DNA of 63,457 bases, filler included, from Actinomycetota bacterium (GTDB lineage Bacteria; Actinomycetota; Acidimicrobiia; Spongiisociales; UBA4744): assembly GCA_013152275.1 (NCBI GenBank). It is 5 parts of 5 records of this genome, joined end to end, with 100 filler letters (N's around TTAATTAATTAA, not from the genome) between each part and the next. Parts side by side here need not be neighbours in the genome. Positions count along the whole stretch, not along the records: positions 1 to 22,791 come from JAADGS010000047.1; positions 22,892 to 27,516 come from JAADGS010000085.1; positions 27,617 to 50,081 come from JAADGS010000033.1; 2 more parts are not named here. One strand, 5' to 3'. Positions 20,717 to 30,234 of this stretch are shown in pieces. The notes beneath the pieces are model-generated. The model was not told where the DNA came from, made no database searches, and saw only the letters and a list, made by a program, of their open reading frames with translations. Position 1 is the first letter of the stretch; each line of letters opens with the position of its first letter. Position numbers and translations under genes: made by a program.

Positions 20717-22177
20717 CTACGGCAAATTGTCGGCAGGCATGTCCCGGTCCTCCAAGCCGCTCAAGAGATACTCGATGACATCGCCGGCAGAGTAGGTGTC
20801 GGCCCCTTCGGGAAGGAAACGAGCCACGTCGACGATGTCGTCTCCGGAAGTCAGCAAAAGACGTTCAGGGGCCCCCGATCTCTGGGTTTGGCCGAGACCG
20901 ATGTTGGCCAGCAGGGCGTTGCACAGACACCTGCGACCCACCGTGTCCTCCTTCGATCCGCCCTTGGCCACGAAGTCCTCGACCGGTTCTGCCGGACAGC
21001 GCCAACCCAATGATCCGTCCGCGCGCTGATAGGCATGCCGGAGGTATCCGAGATCGCAGACCCGCTCGCGCCCTTCATACACCTCGAGTTCCGAGAGGGT
21101 TCCCTCCAGGTTCACGACCTTGAAAGGAAAGCCGGTGGGTGAGGCTGCCGGGTCGGTGAAGATTCTGGCCTGTCCTCGCCGGCTCATCTCCAAGACCCGC
21201 CGTTTCATCGCGGGTTCCAACCCCGATTCCTCACAGAATGCGAACGCGGTCCCCACCTGCACCCCGGCGGCACCCAACTGTAGGGCGTCTGCGATCGCCT
21301 GTGGCTCCGCGCGCGATCCAGCCAGCCAGAACGGGAGACCAAGATCCCGGATCACATCGAGGTCGGGGACGTCTCGCTCTCCGTAGACGGGCTCTCCGGT
21401 ATCCGTCAACTGCAGCCTGCCGCGTGGTGGCGCGTTGTGACCGCCGGCGGTGGGCGCCTCGACCACGAAACCGTCCACATGCGATTCGGTCCTCCGGGTC
21501 AGCATCGTTGCCAGCACATCAGAAGACACGATGGCCAGAAAGAGTGGACGCTTCACCTCGGGAGGATTACCGCCGGTGTAGGCAACCGGGTCGAACTCGG
21601 TAACCGTGTCCACATCCCGGCCGGCACCTTTCACGTCGAACTTCAGACGGACTCGCAGATTATCTGCCAGCCGATCCAACACCCCCGGAATGGCACGGGG
21701 GATACCTGCCCCCATCAGCACATGATCCACCCCGGCCAGCATCGCCCCATACAGCGACGCCAACGTCGGTAGTTGAATCTTCTCCAAGAAATTGATGCCC
21801 ACCGGATTGGAATGTCCCTCCTTGGCCAAGAACACCTCAACGAAGTTGGACGTCACCAACAGATCTCGCAGACGCCGCGACGGCGTCGCCTTCAACATCG
21901 GCTTTGAGCGGAAGCGAGCCTTGGGAGACTTGCCGTCCTGCAGAAAATACCTGTCGAGGATGCGAGTCGCGACACCGGGGACGGGAAAAGCCTCCAGCGC
22001 CCGCCGAACGTGCCCGCCGACGTCCCCCAGCTGCAAGCGGCGCACCAGGACCGCATCGATCCCGGTACCCGACACCACCCCGAGCTGACCGGCGCAGGAA
22101 ACCGCGGAGGCGAGCTGCCAACCCGAAACCCCGACTCCCATACCACCCTGAATCAACACCGGAAGGCCGTTGGTCAT
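20717..22177 (-). CDS. Nitronate monooxygenase/FabK-like flavoprotein
   Basis: IQGGMGVGVS, AGGHNAPPRG, GVQVGTAF, C-terminal CDLGYL...CPAEP...CLCN. Confidence 0.85.
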   Translation of the reverse strand: MTNGLPVLIQGGMGVGVSGWQLASAVSCAGQLGVVSGTGIDAVLVRRLQLGDVGGHVRRALEAFPVPGVATRILDRYFLQDGKSPKARFRSKPMLKATPSRRLRDLLVTSNFVEVFLAKEGHSNPVGINFLEKIQLPTLASLYGAMLAGVDHVLMGAGIPRAIPGVLDRLADNLRVRLKFDVKGAGRDVDTVTEFDPVAYTGGNPPEVKRPLFLAIVSSDVLATMLTRRTESHVDGFVVEAPTAGGHNAPPRGRLQLTDTGEPVYGERDVPDLDVIRDLGLPFWLAGSRAEPQAIADALQLGAAGVQVGTAFAFCEESGLEPAMKRRVLEMSRRGQARIFTDPAASPTGFPFKVVNLEGTLSELEVYEGRERVCDLGYLRHAYQRADGSLGWRCPAEPVEDFVAKGGSKEDTVGRRCLCNALLANIGLGQTQRSGAPERLLLTSGDDIVDVARFLPEGADTYSAGDVIEYLLSGLEDRDMPADNLP

Positions 22178-22791
22178 AATCAATGCTCTCTCTACTCGAC
22201 TAGGTCCGGATCGCAACAAATGGCGGCGTACCACCGTATCGTCCCACGGTCAGACTCATATGGGGAACAAAAGGTCACTGGAACCTGAGGCTGCGGTCCC
22301 CGCTCGAGCCATAGGCACGGGTATACCATCCACGAGCTTCTCGTAAGGACCCTGTCGCAGCTCCCCGGCGAATGCGGAGACCCTTTTGGTCGACACTTCC
22401 GCTCCAGGCGCGTCACCTCCGGTACGTCGGCAGTACCCGACCGGACGGCATTCTGCGAAACCCGAACCGTCGCCCTGTCGAAAGGGACTCATCGGAAAGC
22501 GCGTCACGGGAGAGTTCGGCATTCCTGCCGCCTTGGTGGCCGGTATGATCCGGCAGGCGTCACCAGTGCCACCTCTGGTTCTTCATGCTCCTTCTCGGCG
22601 AGCGAACTCCGATGGCCGCGAAACTATCCGGGCTGGTCGGCGGCTCTGTGGGAGCATGACCAATGCGTCGATTCCGTGACGTCGTGAGACCGCCGGCCGA
22701 CGCGAAGCCACACGTCGGGCGATCATGCCGGTCGGCTACGAAAACGGCAGCGGTATCCTGGCCGCATCCGAGCGGAGTCAAGAGAGAGGGA

Positions 22792-22891
22792 NNNNNNNNN
22801 NNNNNNNNNNNNNNNNNNNNNNNNNNNNNNNNNNNTTAATTAATTAANNNNNNNNNNNNNNNNNNNNNNNNNNNNNNNNNNNNNNNNNNNN
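22792..22891. other. Artificial contig linker
   Basis: N44-TTAATTAATTAA-N44. Confidence 0.98.
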
Positions 22892-23381
22892 TCAACGGAA
22901 TCAGAAAGAGGAAAGAGAAGCTCATGAGCAGGAACCCGATCTCCTCGAGCGCTATGAAGAGCCCTTGGGGGTTGTACTGCGTCAGTAGGGAGATGCCCTC
23001 CGTCTGTCCGGCAGAGAGACTGGAAGGTACGACGGAGAACTGGACGAAGTAGGTAGGTACGAGCACAGCCACGACGGCGACCGCCAAGCCGACTGCGACC
23101 TGACCGGCAATCGCCGAGCCTGTTCGCGTACGAAGGTTGTTGAGCGATGTTGTGAAGATTAGGTAGATGACGACCAGCCCGATCGCGAAGTACATCCACA
23201 CGTAGTCACGAGGAAACCGGTCGAGCGTATCGAGATAGGGGTACTCGATGCAATCGCTTGGACAGTTCGATCCAGAGATCGGAACGGCAAACAGAGCCAT
23301 GCCGAAGGTAACCGTCGTGATCGCAGCCATGGCCGCCGCCGCATACATCGCAAACCGGGTCGCTTCGCGCTCCTCGCTCAT
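22892..23381 (-). CDS. Hypothetical multi-pass membrane protein, 3' partial
   Basis: Four hydrophobic segments, SG.NC...C.EYPY motif, GGAAGG SD; truncated at the gap. Confidence 0.75.
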
Positions 23382-23518
23382 GCGGAGTCGACCTTCCTAT
23401 CGTTTGAACACGCACCCGGTACGACGACCACGATACCAGCGATCACCCGAGCGCATGTCCGGCAATGCGATCACCCTGACGTGGCACGCCATCCCCTTGT
23501 TGACCAAGAGTTTCCGCA

Positions 23519-23564
23519 GCACGCCCGGAGGGACTCGAACCCCCAACCTTCTGATCCGTAGTCA
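23519..23564 (-). mobile_element. 3'-half tRNA-Arg(ACG) duplicate, att site of an integrated element
   Basis: Revcomp TGACTACGGATCAGAAGGTTGGGGGTTCGAGTCCCTCCGGGCGTGC has anticodon arm, T-arm and acceptor 3' strand but no D-arm or 5' strand. Confidence 0.85.
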
Positions 23565-24590
23565 ATGCGGCAGGAGCGCGATACCCCTTGTGAATCGCCG
23601 AAACCCCTTGTGGTGGCTACGTTTTGCTTCTGAACGGTTCTCGTTGTTTCCCATCGATTCTCGACCTCTCGCGGCCCAGCCGCGGCCCAACGGCCGGGAA
23701 CCTGTCTCAGGACTCGCCATAGGTAGCGTCGTACATTGGGATGTGTCATAGGTCACGACCGATACGCCGGCCCTGTCGGGCAGAAGTCGAACAAGGGTGT
23801 CGGTAGCGGCGCCCCACTCGAATGACCCACTGGGTTCCACGTAGGGCTCGGTAACCGCCTCCAGACTGAGCAAGAGCGTCACGGTCGACGGCGTAAGACG
23901 AACAACGCGGTGTTTGAGTCCACTCTCGGCAACCTGTGACGCTTCGGTCAAGGCCGCGACCAGCTCCGGTCCGTCGACAGCGACCTCTGACAGTTGAAGA
24001 GGCGACCCCGAGGTCAGTTCCCATCTGGTGAGCTCCGTCCCGTCGGGAGCCAGATGGACGATGGTTGCTGTGCCGTCCTGATCGAAGGAGGTCGAAAGAA
24101 GGCTGCCGTTCGAAAGCGGCCGGTCCCGAAGGGATCCCTCGCCGACATCTTCCAACCACACAGGAGGTGCGTTGCGAGGCTCGAGAGGGGCCACGTTGAT
24201 CCAGAAGGAACCGTTGCCATCACGGCTGGAACCCCCGTAGACGATGTCCAGGTCGTCGCGCTGAACCGGTGGCGCAACGAGGTTGTCCGCTGAGTCGACC
24301 TGTGCGAACTGGAGGTCTTGCAGCTTGGGGCGACTCGGCCCGCCCGGGTGGCTGAATATCCCGACAAGAGTGATCCCGCCGTCGTAGACGTCGATGTCGA
24401 GCACGCGGGGGATCGGAAGGGCGGCCTCCGAGAACGAGTCGCCGTCAGCGAGCAACAGCCGTCCGTTGTTCGTGTCGACGATCGCCAACAGCTCACCGTT
24501 TGCAGCGAAACAGCACGGACCCCACACACCGGCACCCACAGCCAGGTCGCGAAAACAAACCATCCCGAACCCGGAACCGAAACCACTCGA
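23562..24590 (-). pseudogene. Truncated extracytoplasmic beta-rich protein (no clear start or signal peptide; frame runs into the att region)
   Basis: Protein-like stretch GPCCFAANGELLAIVDTNNGR...VSVVTYD in the 23562..25316 frame; upstream part overlaps plus-strand genes. Confidence 0.5.
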
Positions 24591-24650
24591 CCGGCAAATA
24601 CACAGATGAGAGGCCGGTGAACGACCGGGCAAGAAAAAAACGGAGAGATC

Positions 24651-24962
24651 ATGAAGCGGTTCATGATCGTCGTACTGGCGATGGCACTGTTGGTGGTGCT
24701 TGCTGCGGGGCCGGCGTGGGCGTACGGGTCGGAGAGCGGCAGAGTGTCGTGCACGAACAAGATAGCGGTGCATTCGAGGACAACACAGACTGCCTACATT
24801 CAGGTGCCAAGTGGATCGACAGTCAAGGTTTGGTACGACGGTGCAAGCCCAGTCACTCACACCTGGGCATCGCAGGTGTACGGACCCAACTCGTGGAGGG
24901 TGTTGAGCCTCGAGGGCACGGTGCACACTGCGGAGACGTACGCGTACTGTTGGGGCGAGTGA
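24651..24962 (+). CDS. Small secreted protein (Sec signal, two Cys)
   Basis: MKRF-hydrophobic-AWA signal; GGAGA SD; ~79 aa mature with Cys near each end. Confidence 0.8.
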   Translation: MKRFMIVVLAMALLVVLAAGPAWAYGSESGRVSCTNKIAVHSRTTQTAYIQVPSGSTVKVWYDGASPVTHTWASQVYGPNSWRVLSLEGTVHTAETYAYCWGE

Positions 24963-24969
24963 CCAGAGT

Positions 24970-25743
24970 ATGAGGTCCGAGGCCGGGTTTCGTGGTACCG
25001 CGGCGGCTGCGGCTGTGGGGTTGTTGGTGGCTGGATGTTCGGCCGGAGGCGTCCCTGCGCCGCAGCAGACGGGCACCTCGACAGCGTCCGTGGGCACGTC
25101 GACGGCCGTTTCCGCCACGGTTTCCCCGGGTGCCTCGGGTGTTTCGGACGGTCTGGTGCCTGCGAAGGATCCGTGGGCGCTTGCCACCGAGTACGGACTC
25201 GTGTCGCCCGACGGGGAGTACGTGGGCCCGACGGATGAGAACGGGGACCCGCTGCTGTTCGAACCGATCGAGGGGTATGGGGATTTCTCGGATCTGGACC
25301 GGTTCGATGTTGACACCTATGAGACGACTCGACTGGTCGTCGCGTGTGTGAATGATCATGGGTTCACAGTGACGCTCGACCCGGATGGTGGGGTCGGGTT
25401 CGGGGCGGTGCCTTCGGAACAGAATCAGCTTGCGTTCGCCATCGTGCTCGCCTGTGAGCACGGTTTGCATATCCGTGAGCCGGCGCCGCTTTCTACCGTG
25501 CAATTGGAGAAGATGTACGCGTACATGGTGGCGCTGGCGGGGTGTTTGGAGGCGCAGGGGTACTCGGTCGCGGACCCACCGTCGCTGGATGCCTACATGG
25601 ATTCGCAGGGCAACTGGAACCCGTACGATGGCCTGTCGGTCGGGCTCGACGACTGGGTATCACTGAACCGGGCGTGTCCGCAGAACCCGGTGGGCGGGTA
25701 CGGCGCCTGGGAGCCTGGCGACCCGATCGTTCCGATGCCATGA
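24970..25743 (+). CDS. Cys-rich lipoprotein, paralog 1
   Basis: Lipobox VAGC; ACVNDHGF..ACEHGL..GCLEAQGY..PPSLDAY..RACPQ. Confidence 0.85.
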   Translation: MRSEAGFRGTAAAAAVGLLVAGCSAGGVPAPQQTGTSTASVGTSTAVSATVSPGASGVSDGLVPAKDPWALATEYGLVSPDGEYVGPTDENGDPLLFEPIEGYGDFSDLDRFDVDTYETTRLVVACVNDHGFTVTLDPDGGVGFGAVPSEQNQLAFAIVLACEHGLHIREPAPLSTVQLEKMYAYMVALAGCLEAQGYSVADPPSLDAYMDSQGNWNPYDGLSVGLDDWVSLNRACPQNPVGGYGAWEPGDPIVPMP

Positions 25744-26543
25744 GTAGCCGGCGGGTTGCCGGGCTGGCGGTGTTCGTGCTGGTGGTGGCCGGCTGTGCGT
25801 CCACTGGTGGAGGCGCTGGGGACGTGTCGTCGACACCCGCGTCGACGGGCCTGCCGACGACGATCCGGCCGGCTATCACGTCGACGGTGCCAGGGGATCC
25901 GTCCTTGGCGGGTGTGCATGGTGTGGTGAGGATCACCGGAGGGCTGGTCGAGTTGGAGGAGGAGTGGGGGTTGCTGGATCCCGAAGGCGCCTACATCGGT
26001 CCGGTCGATGTGAACGGCAAGCCTCTGCTGCTCGAACCGATCGAAGGGTACGGCGACTTCTCGGACATGACGTTGCAGGAGCGATTCGACATGGACCCGA
26101 AGGTGAGGCAACGGCTGGTGTTGCGGTGCCTGTCAGACGTCGACCCGCGGTTCGCGCAACTGATCGCCGACACAGGAGACTTCAACTGGGGCAACCTGGC
26201 CGACCGGCTCTCACAGGTGGGGATGGCGGTGTACATCGCCTGCGACGAAGGGTTGCACCTGCCGTCGCTACGTCAGAAAGACTGGACCCCGGCGATGTGG
26301 CAGGAGGCGTACGAGTATGAGTTGGCACACGCAGACTGCATCGAGCACCAGACCGGCATCGACCTGGGTCCCCGGCTGACCCTCGACGAGTTCATCGCCG
26401 GCGTCCAACCGCTTCCGCCGGACAGCCCGTACTGGGAACTCGATACCGCGACGGTACGTCGTCTCGACCAGGTGTGTCCCTGGGGTCCCGTCGGCGGGTT
26501 TGGAGCATGGGACCCTGGTGATCCCATCACCCCGGCCCCATGA
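25740..26543 (+). CDS. Cys-rich lipoprotein, paralog 2
   Basis: Lipobox VAGC; shares GL..P.G.Y.GP.D.NG.PLL.EPIEGYGDFSD and PVGG.GAW.PGDPI with paralog 1; ATGA overlap. Confidence 0.85.
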   Translation: MSSRRVAGLAVFVLVVAGCASTGGGAGDVSSTPASTGLPTTIRPAITSTVPGDPSLAGVHGVVRITGGLVELEEEWGLLDPEGAYIGPVDVNGKPLLLEPIEGYGDFSDMTLQERFDMDPKVRQRLVLRCLSDVDPRFAQLIADTGDFNWGNLADRLSQVGMAVYIACDEGLHLPSLRQKDWTPAMWQEAYEYELAHADCIEHQTGIDLGPRLTLDEFIAGVQPLPPDSPYWELDTATVRRLDQVCPWGPVGGFGAWDPGDPITPAP

Positions 26544-26700
26544 CGCGGCGCAGACACCGCCTGGCAGTGGAGCCGCCGAGGGTCGACGCTTTCGTCGAGT
26601 CGTCGGGACGCAACCGGTACCCGTACGCGGACCTTCCGTATCAAGAGATGGTCGGTTTCGCCGACCCGGATCATCCGCCGCCCGGCCTGGAACGGGAGTG
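26540..26700 (+). pseudogene. C-terminal fragment of a third lipoprotein paralog, cut by IS256
   Basis: VEPPRVDAFVESSGRNRYPY...LEREC resembles VADPPSLDAYMDSQGNWNPY...LNRAC. Confidence 0.55.
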
Positions 26701-27516
26701 TCAGAAATACGGTGTATCTGCCTGTTGGTCTGAGATGCTGACCCGGCTTTGGGTTAGCGGAAAGGACAGGCAGTAATGGAAGCTACGAAGCCGGCGGTGA
26801 GAACGCCGGAGGACAAACAGCTCGCTGAGGAGTTTGTGGAGCGTGCCCGCGATGAGGGTGTGGATCTTGTTGGCCCTGGCGGGTTGCTGACGGGTTTGAC
26901 GAAGAACGTGCTCGAGGCTGGTTTGGACGCCGAGATGTCTGAGCATCTCGGCTACGACAAACACGACCCGGCCGGGCGCGAGCGAGGTTCGAACTCGCGT
27001 AACGGCACACGCTCGAAGAGGGTGCTCACCGATGTGGGACCGGTTGCCATTGAGGTGCCCCGCGATCGGGACGGGAGTTTCGAGCCGCAGATCGTCAAGA
27101 AGCGGCAACGGCGCCTCTCGGGTGTCGATGAGATGGTGATCTCCCTCACCGCAAAGGGTCTCACCACCGGTGAAGTCTCGGCCCATATGGCAGAGGTGTA
27201 CGGTGCTGACGTGTCCAAGGACACCATCTCGCCGATCACCGACAAGATGCTCGCCGAGATGAGCGACTGGCAGAACCGGCCCCTCGACCGGGTCTATCCG
27301 GTGATCTTCATCGACACGATGGTGGTCAAGATCCGCGACGGGCAGGTCACCAATCGTCCCGTGTACACCGCTATCGGGGTCACTGTGGACGGCGAACGGG
27401 ACATTCTGGGACTCTGGGTCGGGAACGGTGGTGAAGGCGCCAAGTCTTGGCTCCAGGTCCTCACCGAGACCCAGGAACCGCGGGATCGAAGACCTCTGCA
27501 TCGTCGCATGCGACGG
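26694..27516 (+). mobile_element. IS256-family element, left end and partial transposase (CDS from 26776, frameshift ~27470, cut by gap)
   Basis: GGGAGTGTCAGAAA end; EHLGYDKH, NSRNG, PRDRDGSFEP, YPVIFID; NRGIEDLCIVACDG continues in another frame. Confidence 0.9.
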
Positions 27517-27616
27517 NNNNNNNNNNNNNNNNNNNNNNNNNNNNNNNNNNNNNNNNNNNNTTAATTAATTAANNNNNNNNNNNNNNNNNNNNNNNNNNNN
27601 NNNNNNNNNNNNNNNN
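27517..27616. other. Artificial contig linker
   Basis: N44-TTAATTAATTAA-N44. Confidence 0.98.
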
Positions 27617-27642
27617 GAAGACGAGCACTCGGCCGGGTCGGG

Positions 27643-27707
27643 TCAGTCGTCCAATGCGTCGAGGAGATCACGCATCGTCTGTCGGTATGTGGTGAGCGCG
27701 GCCCTTC
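27643..27707 (-). pseudogene. 3' end of a probable winged-helix regulator abutting IS481
   Basis: RAALTTYRQTMRDLLDALDD* resembles the C-terminal helix of HTH_34-type regulators. Confidence 0.4.
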
Positions 27708-29393
27708 TGTCAAGTCTCGGTACCCGTGCGACCCGCTGGCTTCGGTTCGTCCACGACACTGGGCGGTGGGTTTAGGACGCGGCGTTGATCGGGTCGGGTT
27801 TGCCTCTGGGGTTGGCGAACGCTCCGTGAGCCTTGATGGGATCGTGTTTTGCCGCGTGGACTCGGAGCAGCTTGGCGTTCTGTGAGATTTCGACGGTGTC
27901 CCCGACCACCCGTACTTCGACCTGCTGGCGGCGGTAGGCGTTGCCGACCCGGTAGGAGACGGCGGCGAAGCTGATGTTCCCCGACGAGTCCACCTTGCGG
28001 ATTACGGGATGCCCGACCGTGGGAGGCCTGACCGGCCGGGCGCGTGGCCGACGACGCCACACTTGAGGTTCCGCCTCGGGAGGATGACGTCTGGCGTGGG
28101 TGGCCACCAGAACACTCCGATGCGATATCTCGATGAGACCGTCCGGGGTGATGACCACGTCGACGGTTTCCCCGGCCAGGCAACGTCCCACGTGATACCT
28201 GTATGTGGCCAGACTGATCCGACCATCCCGCCCCACCTTTCTGGTGACCCTACGAGGCTCCTCGACCACCACCTCCGCCGGAACAGGGTCTGGTGGCTGG
28301 TCGTCTCCGGTAACCACTTCGAAGGGTTCAGCGACGGCTAGTTCGAACCGGCGGACGGGTGGGACCATCCCGATCCCCTGATGCGGCCGCTCCGTGTTGT
28401 ATTCGACCACCCACGCGTCGATCGCCGTCTGAGCCTCCTCGAGACTCTCAAACGTCTTGCCGGCCGGAAAGTCCTTCTTCATGGTCTTGTGGAACCGTTC
28501 CACCTTCCCCGTGGTGGTCGGCGACCGAGGAGCCGTCAGAAGGTGCCTGATTCCGTTCTCCCGGCAGATCAGGTCAAAGAGCACCTCACCCTTGCCGGGT
28601 CCAAACCTGCCGGTGAACACCTTCCCGTTATCAGTCAGAATCTGATCCGGGACCCCATGACGTGCCATCGCCTCGGCGAGAGCGTCACACACCGGCCTCG
28701 CCGTAGCTCTCCTCACCACCTTGGCTGATACACAGAACCTCGAATGGTCATCGATACCGGTCACCACCTTCAACTCCGACCCGTCGACCAATCGAACACC
28801 GCCGGTGACGTCCATCTGCCACAACTCCATCGACCGGGCCCGCTCCCACCGCTTGTAATCAGACCGCCGCCTCCGACGTTTCTGCGGATCCACCAGCCCA
28901 TGACGGATCAAAGCCCGATAGATCGACGATCGAGAAGGAACCGGAACCACACCCTCCCGCTCCAAGTGATAGCCGATCGTCCGAGGACCCCAACCCGGAT
29001 GAGCCCTCCGCATCTCCACGATCCGAGCCTCCACCTCCACCGGCGTCTGATGCGGACACGAATCCGGCTTCGACGAACGATCCACCAACCCCGCCAACCC
29101 CTCAGACGCATACCGGCGCAGCCACCCATGCACCGTCTGACGAGCCACCCCACACCGGCGAGCCACATCCGTCACCGTCGCTCCCCCAAAAACCTCCAAC
29201 ACCGCCCGATACCGCTGCTCCACAACACCCAACTCCACCAACAAGACGACCTCCCCGCATCAAACGAGAAGCATGGAACCAGAAAGTGTCACCCACGTAC
29301 CGGAGCCACCGTCGCCCAGGAACCGAAGCCGCATCCACAAAGTGGAACCCACCAACCGGAGCCACAATGTCCATCATGAACCGAACCCACACA
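27708..29393 (-). mobile_element. IS481-family insertion sequence
   Basis: TGT...ACA termini with imperfect TIR (TGT-N6-TCGGTNC-N2-G-N3-GAC) and repeated subterminal ACCG(G/A)A(G/A)CC motifs. Confidence 0.85.
27772..29244 (-). CDS. IS481 transposase with two C-terminal Mu-transposase-C-like repeats
   Basis: HTH, WQMD / LTDNG / GKVERFH DDE triad, two RKV..G.I....Y.VG repeats. Confidence 0.92.
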   Translation of the reverse strand: MLVELGVVEQRYRAVLEVFGGATVTDVARRCGVARQTVHGWLRRYASEGLAGLVDRSSKPDSCPHQTPVEVEARIVEMRRAHPGWGPRTIGYHLEREGVVPVPSRSSIYRALIRHGLVDPQKRRRRRSDYKRWERARSMELWQMDVTGGVRLVDGSELKVVTGIDDHSRFCVSAKVVRRATARPVCDALAEAMARHGVPDQILTDNGKVFTGRFGPGKGEVLFDLICRENGIRHLLTAPRSPTTTGKVERFHKTMKKDFPAGKTFESLEEAQTAIDAWVVEYNTERPHQGIGMVPPVRRFELAVAEPFEVVTGDDQPPDPVPAEVVVEEPRRVTRKVGRDGRISLATYRYHVGRCLAGETVDVVITPDGLIEISHRSVLVATHARRHPPEAEPQVWRRRPRARPVRPPTVGHPVIRKVDSSGNISFAAVSYRVGNAYRRQQVEVRVVGDTVEISQNAKLLRVHAAKHDPIKAHGAFANPRGKPDPINAAS

Positions 29394-29463
29394 GTCTGGA
29401 AGGCGGCTCTCGCGCGTCCTGGGCGCGTCCGGGACTCCGTCGTCGAACTCCCCAGGAAGAACA

Positions 29464-29488
29464 GAAACCCCCGCCGAGCAGGGGTTTC
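29464..29488 (-). terminator. Hairpin terminator downstream of tRNA-Ala
   Basis: GAAACCCC-cgccgagca-GGGGTTTC followed by a T-rich tract on the minus strand. Confidence 0.65.
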
Positions 29489-29494
29489 CTTGGG

Positions 29495-29568
29495 TGGAGG
29501 TGAGGGGATTCGAACCCCTGGCCTCTTCCGTGCGAGGGAAGCGCTCTGCCGGGCTGAGCTACACCCCC
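29495..29568 (-). tRNA. tRNA-Ala(CGC)
   Basis: GGGGGTGTAGCTCAG...CTTCC CTCGCAC GGAAG...GGTTCGAATCC...CACCTCCA; G3:U70 pair. Confidence 0.95.
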
Positions 29569-29609
29569 AAAGGGCGAACGGCATTGTAGTCACCGCTTCA
29601 CCCGGCGGA

Positions 29610-30230
29610 TCAGAGCCGATCCAAGAGGTCCCTTCGTAGCCGTTCCTGCACGATCGTGGTCGTCAGGTCCGAGCGGCTGCGTTCGACCAGCGCCCGTGCC
29701 ACATCGGCCGTACGGCGGAGCCCGCGAGTCATCCCGTCTGGATAGTCGAGGCCCGCGAGAAGATCGACGACGGCATCCATCGCACCGAGGGTCTCCTCCG
29801 CTTGCTCGAGTTTACCGGCCCGGAGGAGATCGAGCAGCCGTCTCCGCAGCTCACCGACCGCCTCGCCGAGGCCGTGCAGGTACGACCCGACCCACACACC
29901 CAACTCGTCAGGTGTCGGCAGCGGCAGCTCGAGACCCAAGGCGTGCGTCAAGCGCGCCTCGGCATACTCCTTCGCGGCGTCGGCAACGAAACCGGTGAAC
30001 AACACATCCGGATGATCCTCGAGCAGTCCCATGGCCTCGCTCAGCAGAGCGCCTGCCTGATCCATCAATTCCTCACAGCGTTCCAGTTCCCCACGGTGAA
30101 ATGAACGGATGGCGTTCGCCGAACTGCGAATCAACTGGCGGGACAGGGTGAGGCCTTTCTCACGCGCAGCGAACTTGGCATCGAACTCGGCACGGGCAAT
30201 GGCTTCGACAGGATCGAGGCTTGGCTTCAT
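29610..30230 (-). CDS. Translin/Trax-family protein
   Basis: RE....SRQLIR.SANAIR..HRG, KEYAEA, YL.GLGEAVGELRR, LRR.ADVAR..VER. Confidence 0.85.
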   Translation of the reverse strand: MKPSLDPVEAIARAEFDAKFAAREKGLTLSRQLIRSSANAIRSFHRGELERCEELMDQAGALLSEAMGLLEDHPDVLFTGFVADAAKEYAEARLTHALGLELPLPTPDELGVWVGSYLHGLGEAVGELRRRLLDLLRAGKLEQAEETLGAMDAVVDLLAGLDYPDGMTRGLRRTADVARALVERSRSDLTTTIVQERLRRDLLDRL

Positions 30231-30234
30231 CTGC

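Noticed and set aside
22792..22891. TTAATTAATTAA within N runs (four times)
   Set aside because: Artificial six-frame-stop contig linker; adjacency across it has no biological meaning.
29288..29393. Spaced repeats resembling a mini-array or iterons
   Set aside because: Explained as IS481 subterminal transposase-binding sites, mirrored at the other end.
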